NCBI GenBank assembly: GCA_951406725.2
Contig: OX597832.1
Coordinates: 42,594,001 to 42,658,000 of the forward strand
Direction of reading: 5' to 3'
Length of the DNA: 64,000 bases
Source of the DNA: Octopus vulgaris
Lineage: Eukaryota
Below, in pieces: positions 41,186-55,348 of this stretch. Positions within the stretch are counted from its first letter, which is position 1. Each line of letters starts with the position of its first letter. The notes beneath the pieces are model-generated. The model was not told the DNA's origin and searched no databases. It saw only the letters and a program-made list of their open reading frames with translations. The position numbers were made by a program, and so were the translations under genes.

Positions 41186-41405
41186 GTGCCAACAGATCAA
41201 TTAATAACACATTTATCCAAGACAAGTTCTACAGAAATCTAGGGAGCCGTCCTCACCCTAAAATAACAGTACCTCGCACCTCGTCCTCATTACTCTTATT
41301 AACATACCCGTTTAATTCCAGTAAGTCTTTGAGAAATATCACGTAACCATTTGTGGGTTGGTGAAAGAAAAGTACAATATTAATGGAATATGAAAACGGA
41401 ATTGG

Positions 41406-41511
<106 letters not shown>

Positions 41512-41970
41512 ACACACATATAGACATGCATATATATATGTATGTATGGCATGGTATCTATGTCCACTTAAACGTGGATGTCCTTCACTGCGGTAGTTAC
41601 CATGTGAGAATACACGTATGTATACGTATGTATAATTTACATATATATGTGTGTGTGTGTGTGTGTGTATGTATGTGTGTTTGTGTGTGTATGTTTGTGT
41701 GTGTGGGTGTGTTTGTGTGTGTGTGTATGTGTGTGTATGTTTGTATGTAAATATCTCTCTCTCACCCTCTCTCTCACTCTCTATCTCTCTCCTCTATCTC
41801 TGTCTATCTGTCTGTCTGTATCTCTCTCTCTCTGTCTCTCAATATATATATATATATATATACATTTATAATAAGCAATAAAATATATTAACTTTTCATG
41901 TTTTTCTTTATTTTTTTACATATGTATATATTATTTACCAATTAGGTGGATGTAGAGAAATAGCACTCAA

Positions 41971-42007
<37 letters not shown>

Positions 42008-42213
42008 TATATATTTATTTATTTATTTATTTAATTTAATAACTTATGTTTAATTATTTATCATATTTTTTAGCGATTTATTGAGTTACGATTGTGTATA
42101 TCCACCCAGCTAGTAACTATTGGTTGGACATAAGTCTATATTCGTTCAAATTTATACACACACACATGAACGCACGCACACATACACAGAATCTCTCTCT
42201 CTCAGACACATAT

Positions 42214-42260
<47 letters not shown>

Positions 42261-42919
42261 TGTATGTATATGTGAACGTTTATAAGTGTACTAGAAAAGC
42301 TGAGCAACGTCTCCAACCGATGTAGAAGAGAACTGTACAGAGACGATGGCCCGGTAATGGCTCAAAGACATGAGCGGGAATAAACTAGACATGTCCCTAT
42401 AATGAAAACTTAATAAATGCCTTTCAGGAGTTCAATCCCCAAACAATTATACCATCTAGCCTATCGATATACAAAGATATTTCCCTACGTAGTCGCCCTT
42501 TTGTAGGATCACAATTCCGTTTTTGAAATTTTGTGGCGACATCCTTCACTCTCTCTTTAATCGAAGCTTCTTTTTGTTTTTCATATATTTTGAATTACAG
42601 CTCTTAACGACATCAGAGCTTGCGCTAAAATAGTATCATCTGCTTCTCTGGAGTACATAGGAGAATTTAACCTTGCATACATCTCCGGCACTGTTACCAC
42701 GTACAAACCAAACAACACTCTTCGAACCATAGTTCATCAAATAAGTACACCCACTCATAATAAAACAGATATAATAGGCGATACCACAAACCTGATTAGA
42801 AGACCATGGATACAAAGTGTTAACGGGAAGAATACCAGATAGCATCATCAAGAAGTACATACCAGAGACATAGCACAAGATCATTTGAAAATATTTTAGA
42901 CATTCTCCAGGAAACTGGT

Positions 42920-43072
42920 AATTAGTTAGTTAGTTAGTTAGTTAGTTAATTTTTGGCTCAAAAAGCAAAAAGCAAGGCCATGTAGGGGGACATGGAGTTA
43001 TGTACAGGGTGGTGTTCATGTAAAGAGTTCAGGCCACTTGTGGTCAAGGGAGACTTTGAACCGAGCGGTCCA
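42920..43072 (-). mobile_element. Probable 5'-truncated retroelement 3' end with (TAAC)n tail
   Basis: GC-richer segment abutting a (TTAG)n run; no coding signal. Confidence 0.4.
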
Positions 43073-43311
43073 ACTTTGATGTCATAAGATTTTTAAACAA
43101 TATCTCAAGTTTGAAGACTATAATAAATATTATCTTAGACAGCGTGTACGCACATCATATAATAAAACCAGCTGCTATACTACAAAATATCCCGAAAAGT
43201 TTCTGATGGCCTTCACAGCCGAGGATTCCTCCATTCCGCGATTCACAACACAATCTGTACACTCAGAGAGCTCCTTACTGGGACAGTATACATACATGCA
43301 TATATATATAC

Positions 43312-43650
43312 GTACAGCCTGGAGTAGCATGGCTTGCTAGCTGGCTGCAGATGCTTGTCTGGGCCTTGTAAACATATAATAACTCCAGTGGAATAAATGA
43401 CGAGGAAGACTCAGAAACTAGTCTCTGGATGCAGGCTTAGCTGGGTGGGGGTGCTTGTCTCCCCTTGTAAACGTAAGGACACAGGAAATGTGTCAAGGCC
43501 GACAGGAAGCGTTGATGCTTCCTAGGGCTAAATAGCAGTGGTGTGATTCCCTTCATGGGACTGTCACATTAAGTTGACAGTATACAACTGCTCAATTGTA
43601 CCACCACTGCTTATATCTCTTTGAGATATTTAGAAATGTAATATTTCTAT
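43312..43650 (+). mobile_element. P4-related short element with decayed hammerhead-like motif
   Basis: ACTCCA...GAAACTAGTCTCTGGATGC, GGACACAGG...TGTGTCA and AGA.ATTTA.AA....AATATTTC.AT blocks collinear with 20290-20565. Confidence 0.6.
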
Positions 43651-43691
43651 TTTTTATATAAATATATATATACTTATAAATATATATATTT

Positions 43692-43781
<90 letters not shown>

Positions 43782-43797
43782 GAAGCATTGTGTAGAA

Positions 43798-44027
43798 TAT
43801 ATTGTATAAAAGGTGAGGCCAAAACAATGCGAAGTAAATACAAGGTAAATTACAAGAAAACAAATATGTGACTTAATTTAGATTTACCTTGTATTCAATA
43901 TTTCGGGGTTATGACCCCATTTTCAAGAAATCGACGCATGTTGCCGATCTGCGTGTGTGTGAGCGTGTGTAACTTGCATTTACTTGGCATTGTTCTGGCC
44001 TTACTCACGATCCTTTATACAATATAT
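43798..44027. repeat. Imperfect ~50-bp inverted repeat enclosing a hammerhead-like motif
   Basis: 43798-43845 vs 43972-44027; minus strand 43929-43894 reads TTC-TTGAAAA-T-GGGGT(CATA)ACCCC-GAAA-TATT-GAA. Confidence 0.65.
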
Positions 44028-44484
44028 ATAGGTATATACACATATATACTCAGAGAGGGAGAGAGAGAGAGAGAGAGAGAGGGAGAGCGGGCGAAAGAGA
44101 GATAGAAGGAGAGAGTGATCAAAGAACATGAACTCCTAATAGTATCCGCGTGGATGGAGTTAAGACTGGCTACTGTTATAGTGTCTATGCGGATACTATA
44201 ATAAGGATTTGGAGAGTAGTTTTCTTTGTTCCACTCGAGTCGGAAATCCTGGTAGCACGCGTTGATTCAAAGCTTAACACGACCGGCCAACAAGTAAAGC
44301 ATATACATTAAGGATGAGTATTTGATAATGCTTACGGCACTAGCTGTTATATATATAACATAATAAATAAATGCGCCCTTTTTGAAGCTTAGCCAGGCTC
44401 ATGGACATATCTCTCGCGTTCGCTCATTTACGGTAAAAGCGCAGATCTGTATATGTATATATAAATAAATAAAATAAAATAAAT

Positions 44485-44734
44485 ATGCCCTTTTTTTTTA
44501 AAGCCTAGCCAGGCTCATGGGCCCGGTTTCCCGGTTTCTATGGCGTATGTGTTCCCCAGCTGGACGGGACACCAGTCCATCGCAGCGTTACTCATTTTTG
44601 CCAGCTGAGTGGACTGGAGCAACGTGAAATGAAGTATTTTGTTCAAGAACGCAACGCGTGGCCCGGTTCAAGAATCGAAACCACAATCTTGCGATCATGG
44701 TCCTGACAGCCTAACCACCGAGTCACGCGCCTCC
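44485..44734 (-). mobile_element. tRNA-derived SINE family D
   Basis: Head GGAGGCGCGTGACTCGGTGGTTAGG, B box GGTTTCGATTC, CTGCGATGGACTGGTGTCCCGTCCAG tail domain; second copy at 54870. Confidence 0.88.
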
Positions 44735-44753
44735 ACTGTTATATATATATATC

Positions 44754-45083
44754 TGGGACCTCCTTCGGTCACGACACTGACCATGGGATTGCACCTAGAA
44801 AGTTACCCTCCTAGTCACAAGTCTGGGCAAGGTGGTTTTATGGAAGACCAGCAGTCGCCCATGCATACCGGCCTCCCCTCTCCACGCCATCAGTGTTATC
44901 CTAGGGAAAGGCAAAAGGGCCGATACAGCTTGGCACCCGTGACGTCGCAACTCATTTCTACAGCTGAGTGAACTGGAGCAACGTGAAATGAAGTGTCTTG
45001 CTCAAGAACACAACACGCAGCCCGGTCCGGGATCCGAGCTCACAATCTCACGATCGTAAGCTCGACGCTCTAACTACTGAGCC

Positions 45084-45084
<1 letters not shown>
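44754..45084 (-). mobile_element. SINE with family D head/core and a different tail
   Basis: TGGCTCAGTAGTTAGAGCG head; GTGTTCTTGAGCAAGACACTTCATTTCACGTTGCTCCAG core shared with D. Confidence 0.82.
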
Positions 45085-45121
<37 letters not shown>

Positions 45122-45329
45122 GTGTGTGTGCGTGTGTATTTTAGTTGTTTCAGTCATTAGACTGCGGCCATGCTGAAGCACGCCATGAAGAATTTTAGTC
45201 AAACGAATCGACTGTGGTATTTATTATTTCCCTGGGGCTGGCCAGATTGGAGCAATCTCGAGTATAACCAGCCGAAATAGCAAAGATAATCTGGAACTCG
45301 ACAGAAGAGAAAACTCCGAATGACCCGTC

Positions 45330-45512
45330 AAGTAGTTCAGCATGTCATTTCCAAGTTTCTGGCAGAGTGATTTGCGTCATGGTGTTGTTTTCCTCACAAA
45401 CGGTGCCCAACTGACCCTATTATACTGTGTAGTCAACAAAATCAAAAACAAGCAACATGCATGCACGAAATTTAAAATTGCAAAATGGCAACAATTTATC
45501 CATCGCACCCTG
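45330..45512 (-). mobile_element. Tc1/mariner-superfamily transposon 5' end
   Basis: Minus strand TA|CAGGGTGCGATGGATAAATTG resembles the repeat at 40499; ATG at 45380 gives MTQITLPETWK*HAELL. Confidence 0.6.
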
Positions 45513-45760
45513 TATGTATGTATGTATGTATGTATGTATGTATGTATGTATGTATGTATGTATGTATGTATGTATGTGTGTGTGTATGTGTGTATGTATG
45601 TGTGTATGTGTGTATGTATGTATGTATGTGTGTATGTGTGTATGTATGTATGTATGTATGTATGTATGTATGTATGTATGTATGTATGTATGTATGTATG
45701 TATGTATGTATGTATGTATGTATGTATGTATGTATGTATGTGTGTATGTATGTATGTATG
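45513..45760. repeat. (TATG)n microsatellite starting at the transposon TA target
   Basis: Direct reading. Confidence 0.95.
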
Positions 45761-46227
45761 AATGTATCTATGTATGCATGAAATCATTTATGTACGTATG
45801 TAGTTACGTAAGTCCGGACGCATAACGTAAGCCGCTTATATATATTTTCATAAGTCTACCTACACTCACACAGACATATAATAATAATAATAATAATAAT
45901 AATAAGAAAAAATCAACAACAAAACATTAACATAACAGAACATAATCGATAACCATGCAAATCCCTATTGATCGATTGATCGATCGGAGAAATATCAGTG
46001 AAATGATGACGTTGCGTTAGTATGAAGGTAAAAATATTCGATCGTCGCTGTATCAGTCCTCCTCGCCTCCCTCCCCCCACTGTCTACCAGTTTACTGCGA
46101 TAGTCATACCGAACTTAGTAATAGGCAGACAATTCTCTGTTTGTGTCTGTTGTCTGGCGGAAGCTGAAAGGTGGCCATCTTGAATTGGTTCCTCTCTTAG
46201 TTGTTATGGTGACGTACTTACTTTCGT

Positions 46228-46373
46228 TTTCTTCTTCGTCGACTTCTTCTCCTTTCTCTTCTTCTTCTTCTTCTTCTTCTTCTTCTTCTTCTTCTTCTTC
46301 TTCTTCTTCTTCTTCTTCTTCTTCTTCTTCTTCTTCTTCTTCTTCTTCTTCTTCTTCTTCTTCTTCTTCTTCT

Positions 46374-46420
<47 letters not shown>

Positions 46421-46504
46421 TTCTGCTTCTTCTTCTTCTGCTTCTTCTTCGTCGTCGTCGTTTTCTCCTTTTCATCCTCTTCCTCCTTCTCCACCACTTA
46501 CTTT

Positions 46505-46536
<32 letters not shown>

Positions 46537-46715
46537 TTCTTCTTCTTCTTCTTCTTCTTTTTCTTTTTTCTTTTATTCTTCCTTTTCTCCTCCTTTTCCT
46601 CCTCTTCCTCCTTCCCCACCATTTACTTTTCTTCTTCTTCTTCTTCTTCTTCATCATCCCCCTCCTCTCATGTTCTCTCCCCCTCCCCTCCCCGACCTCT
46701 TCCTCCTCATTCTCT
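46228..46715. repeat. (TTC)n polypyrimidine array
   Basis: Direct reading. Confidence 0.95.
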
Positions 46716-46929
46716 TCGTTACCGTTACCGACGCGCCTTATAATTGCTCATAACAATGTTCTTGTTGTTGCCGTCTTATTGTATTGTTCACACTGGCTGA
46801 CGATCTTTGCTATTATTATTGCCATTGCTGTCTACTCCTTAGTCACCTCTTACTTATATTGATATTTCAATGTTGTTGCTGTTGTTGTGACTGCAGATCT
46901 TGTTATTATTTTTATTGTTATTATTGTTG

Positions 46930-47393
46930 AAGGCGCCGAGCTGGCAGAGTCTTTAGCACGCCGGGCGAAATCCTTAGCGAAATTTCGTCTGCCGCTACGT
47001 TCTGAGCTCAAATTCCGCCGAGGGCGACTTTGCCTTTCATCCTTTCGGGGTCGATAAATTAAGTACCAGTTACGCACTGGGGTCGATATAATCGACTTAA
47101 TCCGTGTGTCTGTTCTTGTTTGTCCCCTCTGTGTTTAGCCCCTTGTGGGTAGTAAAGAAATAGGTATTTCATCTGTCTTTACGTTCTGAGTTCAAATTCC
47201 GCTGAGGTCGACTTTACCTTTCATCCTTTCGGGGTCGATAAATTAAGTACCAGTTACGCACTAGGGTCGATATAATCGACTTAATCCGTGTGTCTGTCCT
47301 TGTTTGTCCCCTCTGTGTTTAGCCCCTTGTGGGTAGTAAAGAAATAGGTATTTCGTCCGTCCTTACGTTCTGAGTTCAAATTCCGCTGAGGTC
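46930..47393 (+). mobile_element. SINE family B multimer (head plus ~2.3 units)
   Basis: GGTATTTC at 47163 and 47347 (184-bp period); single A-box head at 46930. Confidence 0.92.
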
Positions 47394-47447
<54 letters not shown>

Positions 47448-47467
47448 ATATGCATCATTGTATCGTT

Positions 47468-47510
<43 letters not shown>

Positions 47511-47767
47511 GTATATATGTGTGTGTATGTATTTACATATGGATGTAAGTGTATATATATATATGTGTGTGTGTGTTTGAGTGTGTAACTGAACGTCTAT
47601 ATATGAGAAGTATGTATGTATATACATAGACACACCCCAGACGTATATGAGTGTCTATATATATAGGATAGTTAACTAGACGGATACAAAGATATAAATC
47701 GATAATTCAATAATTCTAATAAAGATATATATACACACACACACGCACCAATATACATGTGTGTATG

Positions 47768-48130
47768 TGATGATAACGACGACAACGACGATGACGACGA
47801 CGACAACGACCACCACCACCACCACCACCACCACCACCATGACAATGATGATAACGATGATGATGACGATGATGATGACGATGATGATAGTAATGATGAT
47901 GATGATGATGATGATAGTGATGATGACGATGGTGATGATGATGATGATGATGATAATGATGATGATGATGATGACAATTGTGACGATGATGACGATGATG
48001 ATGATGATGATGACGATGATGATGATAATAATGATGACGATTGTGACGGTCATGATGACGATAATGATAGTGATGGTGTTGATGATGACGATTGTGATGA
48101 TGATGATGACGATGATGATAGTGATGATGT

Positions 48131-48183
<53 letters not shown>

Positions 48184-48242
48184 GTGACGATGATGACGAC
48201 GATGATAGTGATGATGATGATGACGACGACGACGATGATGAT
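47768..48242. repeat. (GAT/GAC)n array
   Basis: Direct reading; gives the spurious poly-Asp/Met/His ORFs. Confidence 0.95.
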
Positions 48243-48878
48243 ACACAGATGGGGGACAGAGTGAGCGTGACGTAGCAACACAGACGCCCACACACACATA
48301 CGCACACACAGTTACACAGAATACACATTGATCGTTATATACGCACATATACACATCACATATAGAAACATGCATAAAATATACACACACATTTAGTTAT
48401 GCTCACACAGTGAGCTCACCGCCCCCGCCGAAGATTAGAGCGTTATCGACTGAGCTGATTAGATTTATCTCCCTTGGTAGCAAATTTTAGAATTTTGTTC
48501 TGAAATACTTCTAAAGGGAAGAATATATTTACTAATTAAGCATGGCTGTCTGAATAAGAATTTCGCTTTACATCCACGTGGTTTCGGGCCCAGTGTGTGT
48601 GTGTGTAAGATTTCCTAGCATTTCCAGATTTATTTACCGGAATATTATGTTGATAAAGGAAATGAATCTTTGATTCTAATCCAGAAACGTGCGTCCATAA
48701 TTGACCGTGGACTGTTTGATTTCGTTATTTTTCTTCTTTTATTTGCCATATAATGAGTTGCAAATACTGTTGTCTGTGGAGACATATTTTTGTAGTAAAA
48801 GGAAATAGCAGTCCTCTGGCTGCTATTTCTAATACTTTCGGTATGTGGTCTAGCAACTTGTTGCAAAGACCCTCAGTG

Positions 48879-48944
<66 letters not shown>

Positions 48945-48964
48945 AGAATTTAATATAAAATATA

Positions 48965-49272
48965 AATTACAAAGTGGGACAAGAACGCAAAAACACACAA
49001 GGAGACGACACAAAAAACCGACGGGTCACTCGAAGCCTCTAATCTTCAGTCGGGAACCGGATCATCTTAGTAATTTCGGCTGTTTAATCTCGATATCACT
49101 CCGACCGGCCAGCCCCAAGGAAACTCCAAGCCACAGGCATTGGATTCTTGGAAAGAGGGTCGAATGTATACGGAACAAAGACAGGATGCCACACGAAAGT
49201 AAATACAAGAAACAAAAATATATATAAAAAACAGAAATAAAAAGCACGAAGGTGGACAGTACAAGGACAGGA

Positions 49273-49275
<3 letters not shown>
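48965..49275 (+). mobile_element. Unclassified dispersed repeat (family P5)
   Basis: GGGACAAGAACGCAAAA and TCTTCAGTC..GAACCGGATCATC also at 51553-51570 and 51665-51775; diverged inverted copy at 45232-45330. Confidence 0.6.
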
Positions 49276-49339
<64 letters not shown>

Positions 49340-49343
<4 letters not shown>

Positions 49344-49535
49344 ACCCAAGTAAACAAACAATTCAAATATACGAATAAAAAACAAAAAATAAAATGAACT
49401 AACGTGAGGACGTGCACATGAAGTGTATTAGTTTGACGCTCGGTGGAAGGAGAGAGTTTAACGTTTCGAGCATAGCTTCGTCGGAAAGCAGAATGGGAAA
49501 AGTCCAAAGAAGGAGAAGGAATCGCCAACGACCAC
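49340..49535 (-). mobile_element. Penelope-like terminal repeat family P2
   Basis: Minus strand TTT-CCGACGA-AGCTATGCTC-GAAA-CGTT-AAAC; shared blocks with 3060-3215 and 19366-19578. Confidence 0.6.
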
Positions 49536-50036
49536 TACAATCTGATACTTAACAACATGTTGACTGATTTATATTGTAGGACCCAGGTTGTTCTTATGCT
49601 GTCCAATGGATATCTCAGAATCACAAACATGGAATCACAGATTATGGAATTATTCCCATGTTCCTTTTCCTTTTTGAAGCTGTTGAATTCATTTTTCGTA
49701 GTCTGTGAGCGGGATTTTAAGCTTCCTTTTTTATTCCTGAATGGAGAATATGAGGTACGTGTGTGAGAAAGGCATAATACTCCTTGATATATCGATTGAT
49801 TACGCTACGTTGTTTACCTGGCACAGGTGTTTAGGCTATCATTTCCAAAGTGGCGGATTCTCTGCGTCATCACGCGTCCATATAGATCATATGGAAATAG
49901 CAAGTTTCAAATTTTCCAGGTTTCCTTAGATATAAAACACCCACACGGCTGCGTTAAATCTAACAAAAATAAATAAATGAACAATAAAAAAAAGGAATAA
50001 CTAAGAAAAGACCAGTTGCAAAATGTAGATCACTGC

Positions 50037-50037
<1 letters not shown>

Positions 50038-50110
<73 letters not shown>

Positions 50111-50146
50111 CGACAACAATAATAATAATAATATAATATTATTATT

Positions 50147-50181
<35 letters not shown>

Positions 50182-50185
50182 TAAT

Positions 50186-50223
<38 letters not shown>

Positions 50224-50238
50224 TAATATTATTATTAT

Positions 50239-50289
<51 letters not shown>

Positions 50290-50317
50290 GACAACAATAA
50301 TAATAATAATAATAATA

Positions 50318-50374
<57 letters not shown>

Positions 50375-50415
50375 GACAACAATAATAATAATAATGAATG
50401 ATTAATATTATTATT

Positions 50416-50456
<41 letters not shown>

Positions 50457-50460
50457 TAAT

Positions 50461-50504
<44 letters not shown>

Positions 50505-50614
50505 TAATATTATTAATAATAATAATGATGATGATGATGATAATAATAATAATAATAATAATAATATTAATGATGATAGTATTAATAATAATAATAATGA
50601 TGATGATGATGATA

Positions 50615-50646
<32 letters not shown>

Positions 50647-50665
50647 AATAATAATGATGATAATA
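50038..50665. repeat. (AAT)n/(GAT)n array
   Basis: Direct reading. Confidence 0.95.
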
Positions 50666-51160
50666 AAAAGCATGATCAAATGATCAAGGATGGAATGGCT
50701 TTGTTCTTATCATCTGCTCGATCAGTGTTGGCCAAGGGCTAAGCTAAAGAATGAAAAAAAAAACAACAGAAAAATAATAGGAACAAAAACCATAATAATT
50801 TCAACAACAACAGCAACAATAACAACAACAATAACAATAGCAGCAGCAGCAGCAGCAGCAGTAGTGGCAACAATAACAGCTTCAACAACAACAATTACAG
50901 CAGCAACAACGAACATTTCGGATAGGTGCCATTGACAGAATAACATGGCGTTTTGCCATCAGCTGACGGTTGTGACTGAAATATCATAACAGATATTTTC
51001 TGCTCAATTGTAATTCAGGATATCAATAAAACGTTCATAATAAATATGAATGTCCACCATTCATGCAGTTTGAACCCAATTCATCTGGATTTACTTCTGA
51101 CGCGCGGTGGACAGCAGACGTCGATTACACTGAATGACATCCGTTAACAGAATATATAGA

Positions 51161-51240
<80 letters not shown>

Positions 51241-51366
51241 GAAGATTTCTCTTGAATGAAACAGTACTAGTCCTGTAGAAGCTCCTTCTATATAATAAAT
51301 TAATTTTACTCTGCTATGTATTGAGTACCTTACTTACTGTGGTTAACCCCGAATCAACCCGGGACC

Positions 51367-51519
<153 letters not shown>

Positions 51520-51576
51520 GTATGTATATATATATCAAATAAAATACAAAATGGGACAAGAACGCAAAACATTCGA

Positions 51577-51655
<79 letters not shown>

Positions 51656-52104
51656 GGTATGTAGAAAAATACAACATGGACAAGAACGTATAACTCTTAG
51701 AAGACGATACAATAAACACGGACAGGACATTCGAAACCCTCAGTCTTCAGTCAAGAACCGGATCATCGTAGTAATGTGTATATATATATATATATATATA
51801 ATATATAATATATATATATATATATATGTAGATATGGGTACGTGTGTTTGAATATGTATATATGTGTATGTGTGTATATACATGTACATAAGTAGGCACG
51901 TAGGTACGTATGTATATGCGTGATATACACACATGAATGTATACGCATACACATATATATGTTTACATACATACGCACATACATACATATACGTACGTAC
52001 ATAATACATACATACCTACCTACATACACACATACGTACATTTGAAGTGAGAAACGATTGGAAAAATGTGCCAACTACACCTAATCCGATATATGTATAA
52101 TTAA

Positions 52105-52195
<91 letters not shown>

Positions 52196-52267
52196 ATATA
52201 TATATATATATATGTATGCATGTATATATATATATGTGTGTGTATGTGTGTATCTATCTATCTATCA

Positions 52268-52333
<66 letters not shown>

Positions 52334-53019
52334 ATATATATATATATACAAACACACATGCATACACACACATATATTTACGTATATTTACGTATGTATG
52401 TATGTATGTATGTATGTATGTATGTATGTATGTATGTATGTATGTATGTATGTATGTATGTATGCATGCATATATGTATGTATATGTGTGTATGTGTGTA
52501 TATGCGTGTATGCGTGTGCGTATTTGTGTTTGTGTGTGTGTGTGTATTTATGTGTTTGTGATTGAAACCGAAACACCCTCTACCATCGTGTGTCCCCAGT
52601 CTCCAGGTCCATCGCATAATAAAAGACAACTTATCACTTCCAAGCCACCCACGCCCACCCTGATCAAACATTAGCAATGCACAAAGTAGGCCCTTGTGTA
52701 TAAGCACTTATGCAAGCCAGACGTCGTTCGACTTTGCTGATGACCCCAAGGGGATTTCAATACGTGGTGGTGGGCGACAAACGATGGCGGTGGTGGGGTG
52801 GTGGGGGTGTTTGGGTACGGGGTAGGGAAATCGGGTGGAGGTGATAAATGCCTGGTTGTTTCGGTGTTTATTTGCTTATCTCCCCCTTTTTTTTGCTTGG
52901 CTTTGCTTGAAACTCAATTTGAGTGAGTATTGGAGGCTTTACCAACGCGGCACAACACGAGTCGCGAAGGCGGAGGCGGAGGCGATGGAGGTGTCAGTAT
53001 CGATGGTGGCGGCAGCGGT

Positions 53020-53830
53020 TCCACAACCACTGCTCCTCCCACCACGATGGCCACGACCACCCCGACGGCCACTACTACCTGAAGCAGCACCACCATCACC
53101 TCTACCACAACGAATTCTATACTACTACTACTACTAGCTACTACTACTACTGCTGCTGTTGCTGCCACTACTACTACTACTACTACTATCATCACAACCA
53201 CCACCACCATCGTCACCATCCCAATTACCTTCACCACCACAACAATAACAGCTTATACTACTACCATCACCACTACGAACACCACCTCCACGGCGACGAC
53301 GATGACAACTACTACTGCTACCATCACCCCCACCATCACTACCTCCACCACTACTGCTGTTACAACTGCTACTACCATCACCGCCACCACCACCACCGCC
53401 ACCATCACCACCACCACTACTACCACCACCACTACAACTGCTACTACAATTGACACTATCACCACTACAACCACTGCCCTTCAACTACAGCCAAGACTAC
53501 TGCCACTTGTAACCACTACCATGACTATCACCAATACAGGCATACACGGGCAACACGCTCAAATCCACCACCACCACCATCATCACCATCACCGTCGCCG
53601 CCACCATCATTGCCTTCGCTGCCACCATCACCATCACCACCACCACTGCAACCACCATCACCACCACCACCACCACCACCAACACAACCATCTCTACCAC
53701 CACCAGCACGACCACCATCACCACCAATACCACCGCCACCAACAACAACAGCAATAAAAACAACACATTTACCAACACCACTACCACCACCGCCACCACC
53801 ATACGATGACTACTCCCACCGCCGCCTTCA
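53020..53830. repeat. Degenerate (CAC/TAC/CAT)n tract
   Basis: Direct reading. Confidence 0.9.
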
Positions 53831-54024
53831 CCATTCATCCTGTCTTTTATTACTTTGTTAATACGACATCACAAGAAATATATTACAAGAGTAATGAAGT
53901 TAAACTGTTTCTTCGTCACCTCACTCCCTCCCCCTCCCATCCACCCCCGTCTTGCTCTGCTTGGTCGCCACTTCCGTCTTTCATCACAATCTTTCCCTCT
54001 CTCTCTCTCTTTAAACACCTTTCT

Positions 54025-54064
<40 letters not shown>

Positions 54065-54176
54065 CTCTCTCTCTTTCCACTTCTATATCTCTGCCTGTCT
54101 GGTCTCTCTCTCTCTCTGTCTCTGGTCCCTTTCTGCTCTTTCTCTCTCTCTATCTGGTTTCTTTTTCTCTCTCTCT

Positions 54177-54222
<46 letters not shown>

Positions 54223-54869
54223 TTCTCTCTCTCTCTGGTCTCTTTTTACATCTGGCCCCTCTCCCTTTCTCTCTCTCCTCTCTCTTTCTCACACCCTGCC
54301 TGCTCTCTCTCTCTCTCTGTGTTTAGCCTTTCTGTCAGTCTAGTCTCTCTCTGTTGTCTATCTGTCTGTCTGTCTATTCTCTCACTGGTCTCTCTTACTG
54401 TCTGATCTCTATCTCTCTACTTTCTCTCCCTTTCTGCTCTCTCTCTCTCTCTCTCTCTCACTCCCTCTCTTTCCTTTATTTTCTGCCTCTATTTCTCACC
54501 CCACCTCCACATTTCACAACCACTTGCTTGTCCCGCCCCCATCATACCGCTTTCTTCACAACTCTCGTGTTAGAGAAGAGTCAATCTGTAGACACCTCTC
54601 CTTCACTATCTCTTAACACACACACACACACACACACACACGTATACTATCTCTTCTCCCCTTCACTTCTCACACACAATCACTTACCTGCCCTTGCCAC
54701 TCCCTCTTCACAACGATTGTCTCCCTTTCTCTTTAAACACCGCTAGCCCTTCGTCTCTTGTTCTACATCTCTTTTCTTACCATTTCCGACACGTGTCTCG
54801 CGTTCGCACATTTACGGTAATAGCGCAGATCCGTATATCTATATATATATAAATAAAATAAAATAAATA

Positions 54870-55120
54870 TGCCCCCTTTTTTTAAAGTCTAGCCAGGCTC
54901 ATGGGCCCTGTTTCCCCGGTTTCTGTGGTGTATGTGTTCCCCAGCTGGACAGGGCGCCAGTCCATCGCAGCGTTACTCATTTTTGCCTGCTGAGTGGACT
55001 GGAGCACCTTGAAATGAAGTATTTTGCTCAAGAACACAACGCGTCACCCGGTCCAGAAATCGAAACCACAATCTTACCATCATAATGCTGACACCCTAAC
55101 CACTAAGCCACGCGCCTCCA
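54870..55120 (-). mobile_element. SINE family D with TSD-like flanks
   Basis: Collinear with 44485-44734; AGATCCGTATAT at 54827-38 and 55146-57. Confidence 0.88.
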
Positions 55121-55348
55121 CATATGTATATATATATATATAAATAGATCCGTATATGTATGTATTTATGTATATTTTCTTGTATATTTTCTTCTGCTTT
55201 CAATTATTTAAATTCTTCTTCCAAGCAAGGAGCACGTTTCCAATAAAGATACTAAGCGCCATCTCTGGAACGTAGATAACAAAACCAAACTAACATTTGC
55301 AACTTTAGAAACATCTTGCATATTTTCAACGTTCCTCATATTTTCTCT

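Noticed and set aside
42920-42948. Telomeric repeat
   Set aside because: (TTAG)n is not TTAGGG or TTAGG; more likely a retroelement tail
48965-49120. Hammerhead in family P5 (CTGAAGA on minus strand)
   Set aside because: No consistent stem II or GAAA across the three copies
49545-49930. Unique-looking segment, possibly transposon coding remnant
   Set aside because: The frames I checked had stops and no assignable motif
52737-52760. CTGATGA-CCCCAAGGGG as a hammerhead
   Set aside because: Followed by ATTT rather than GAAA, and no stem I
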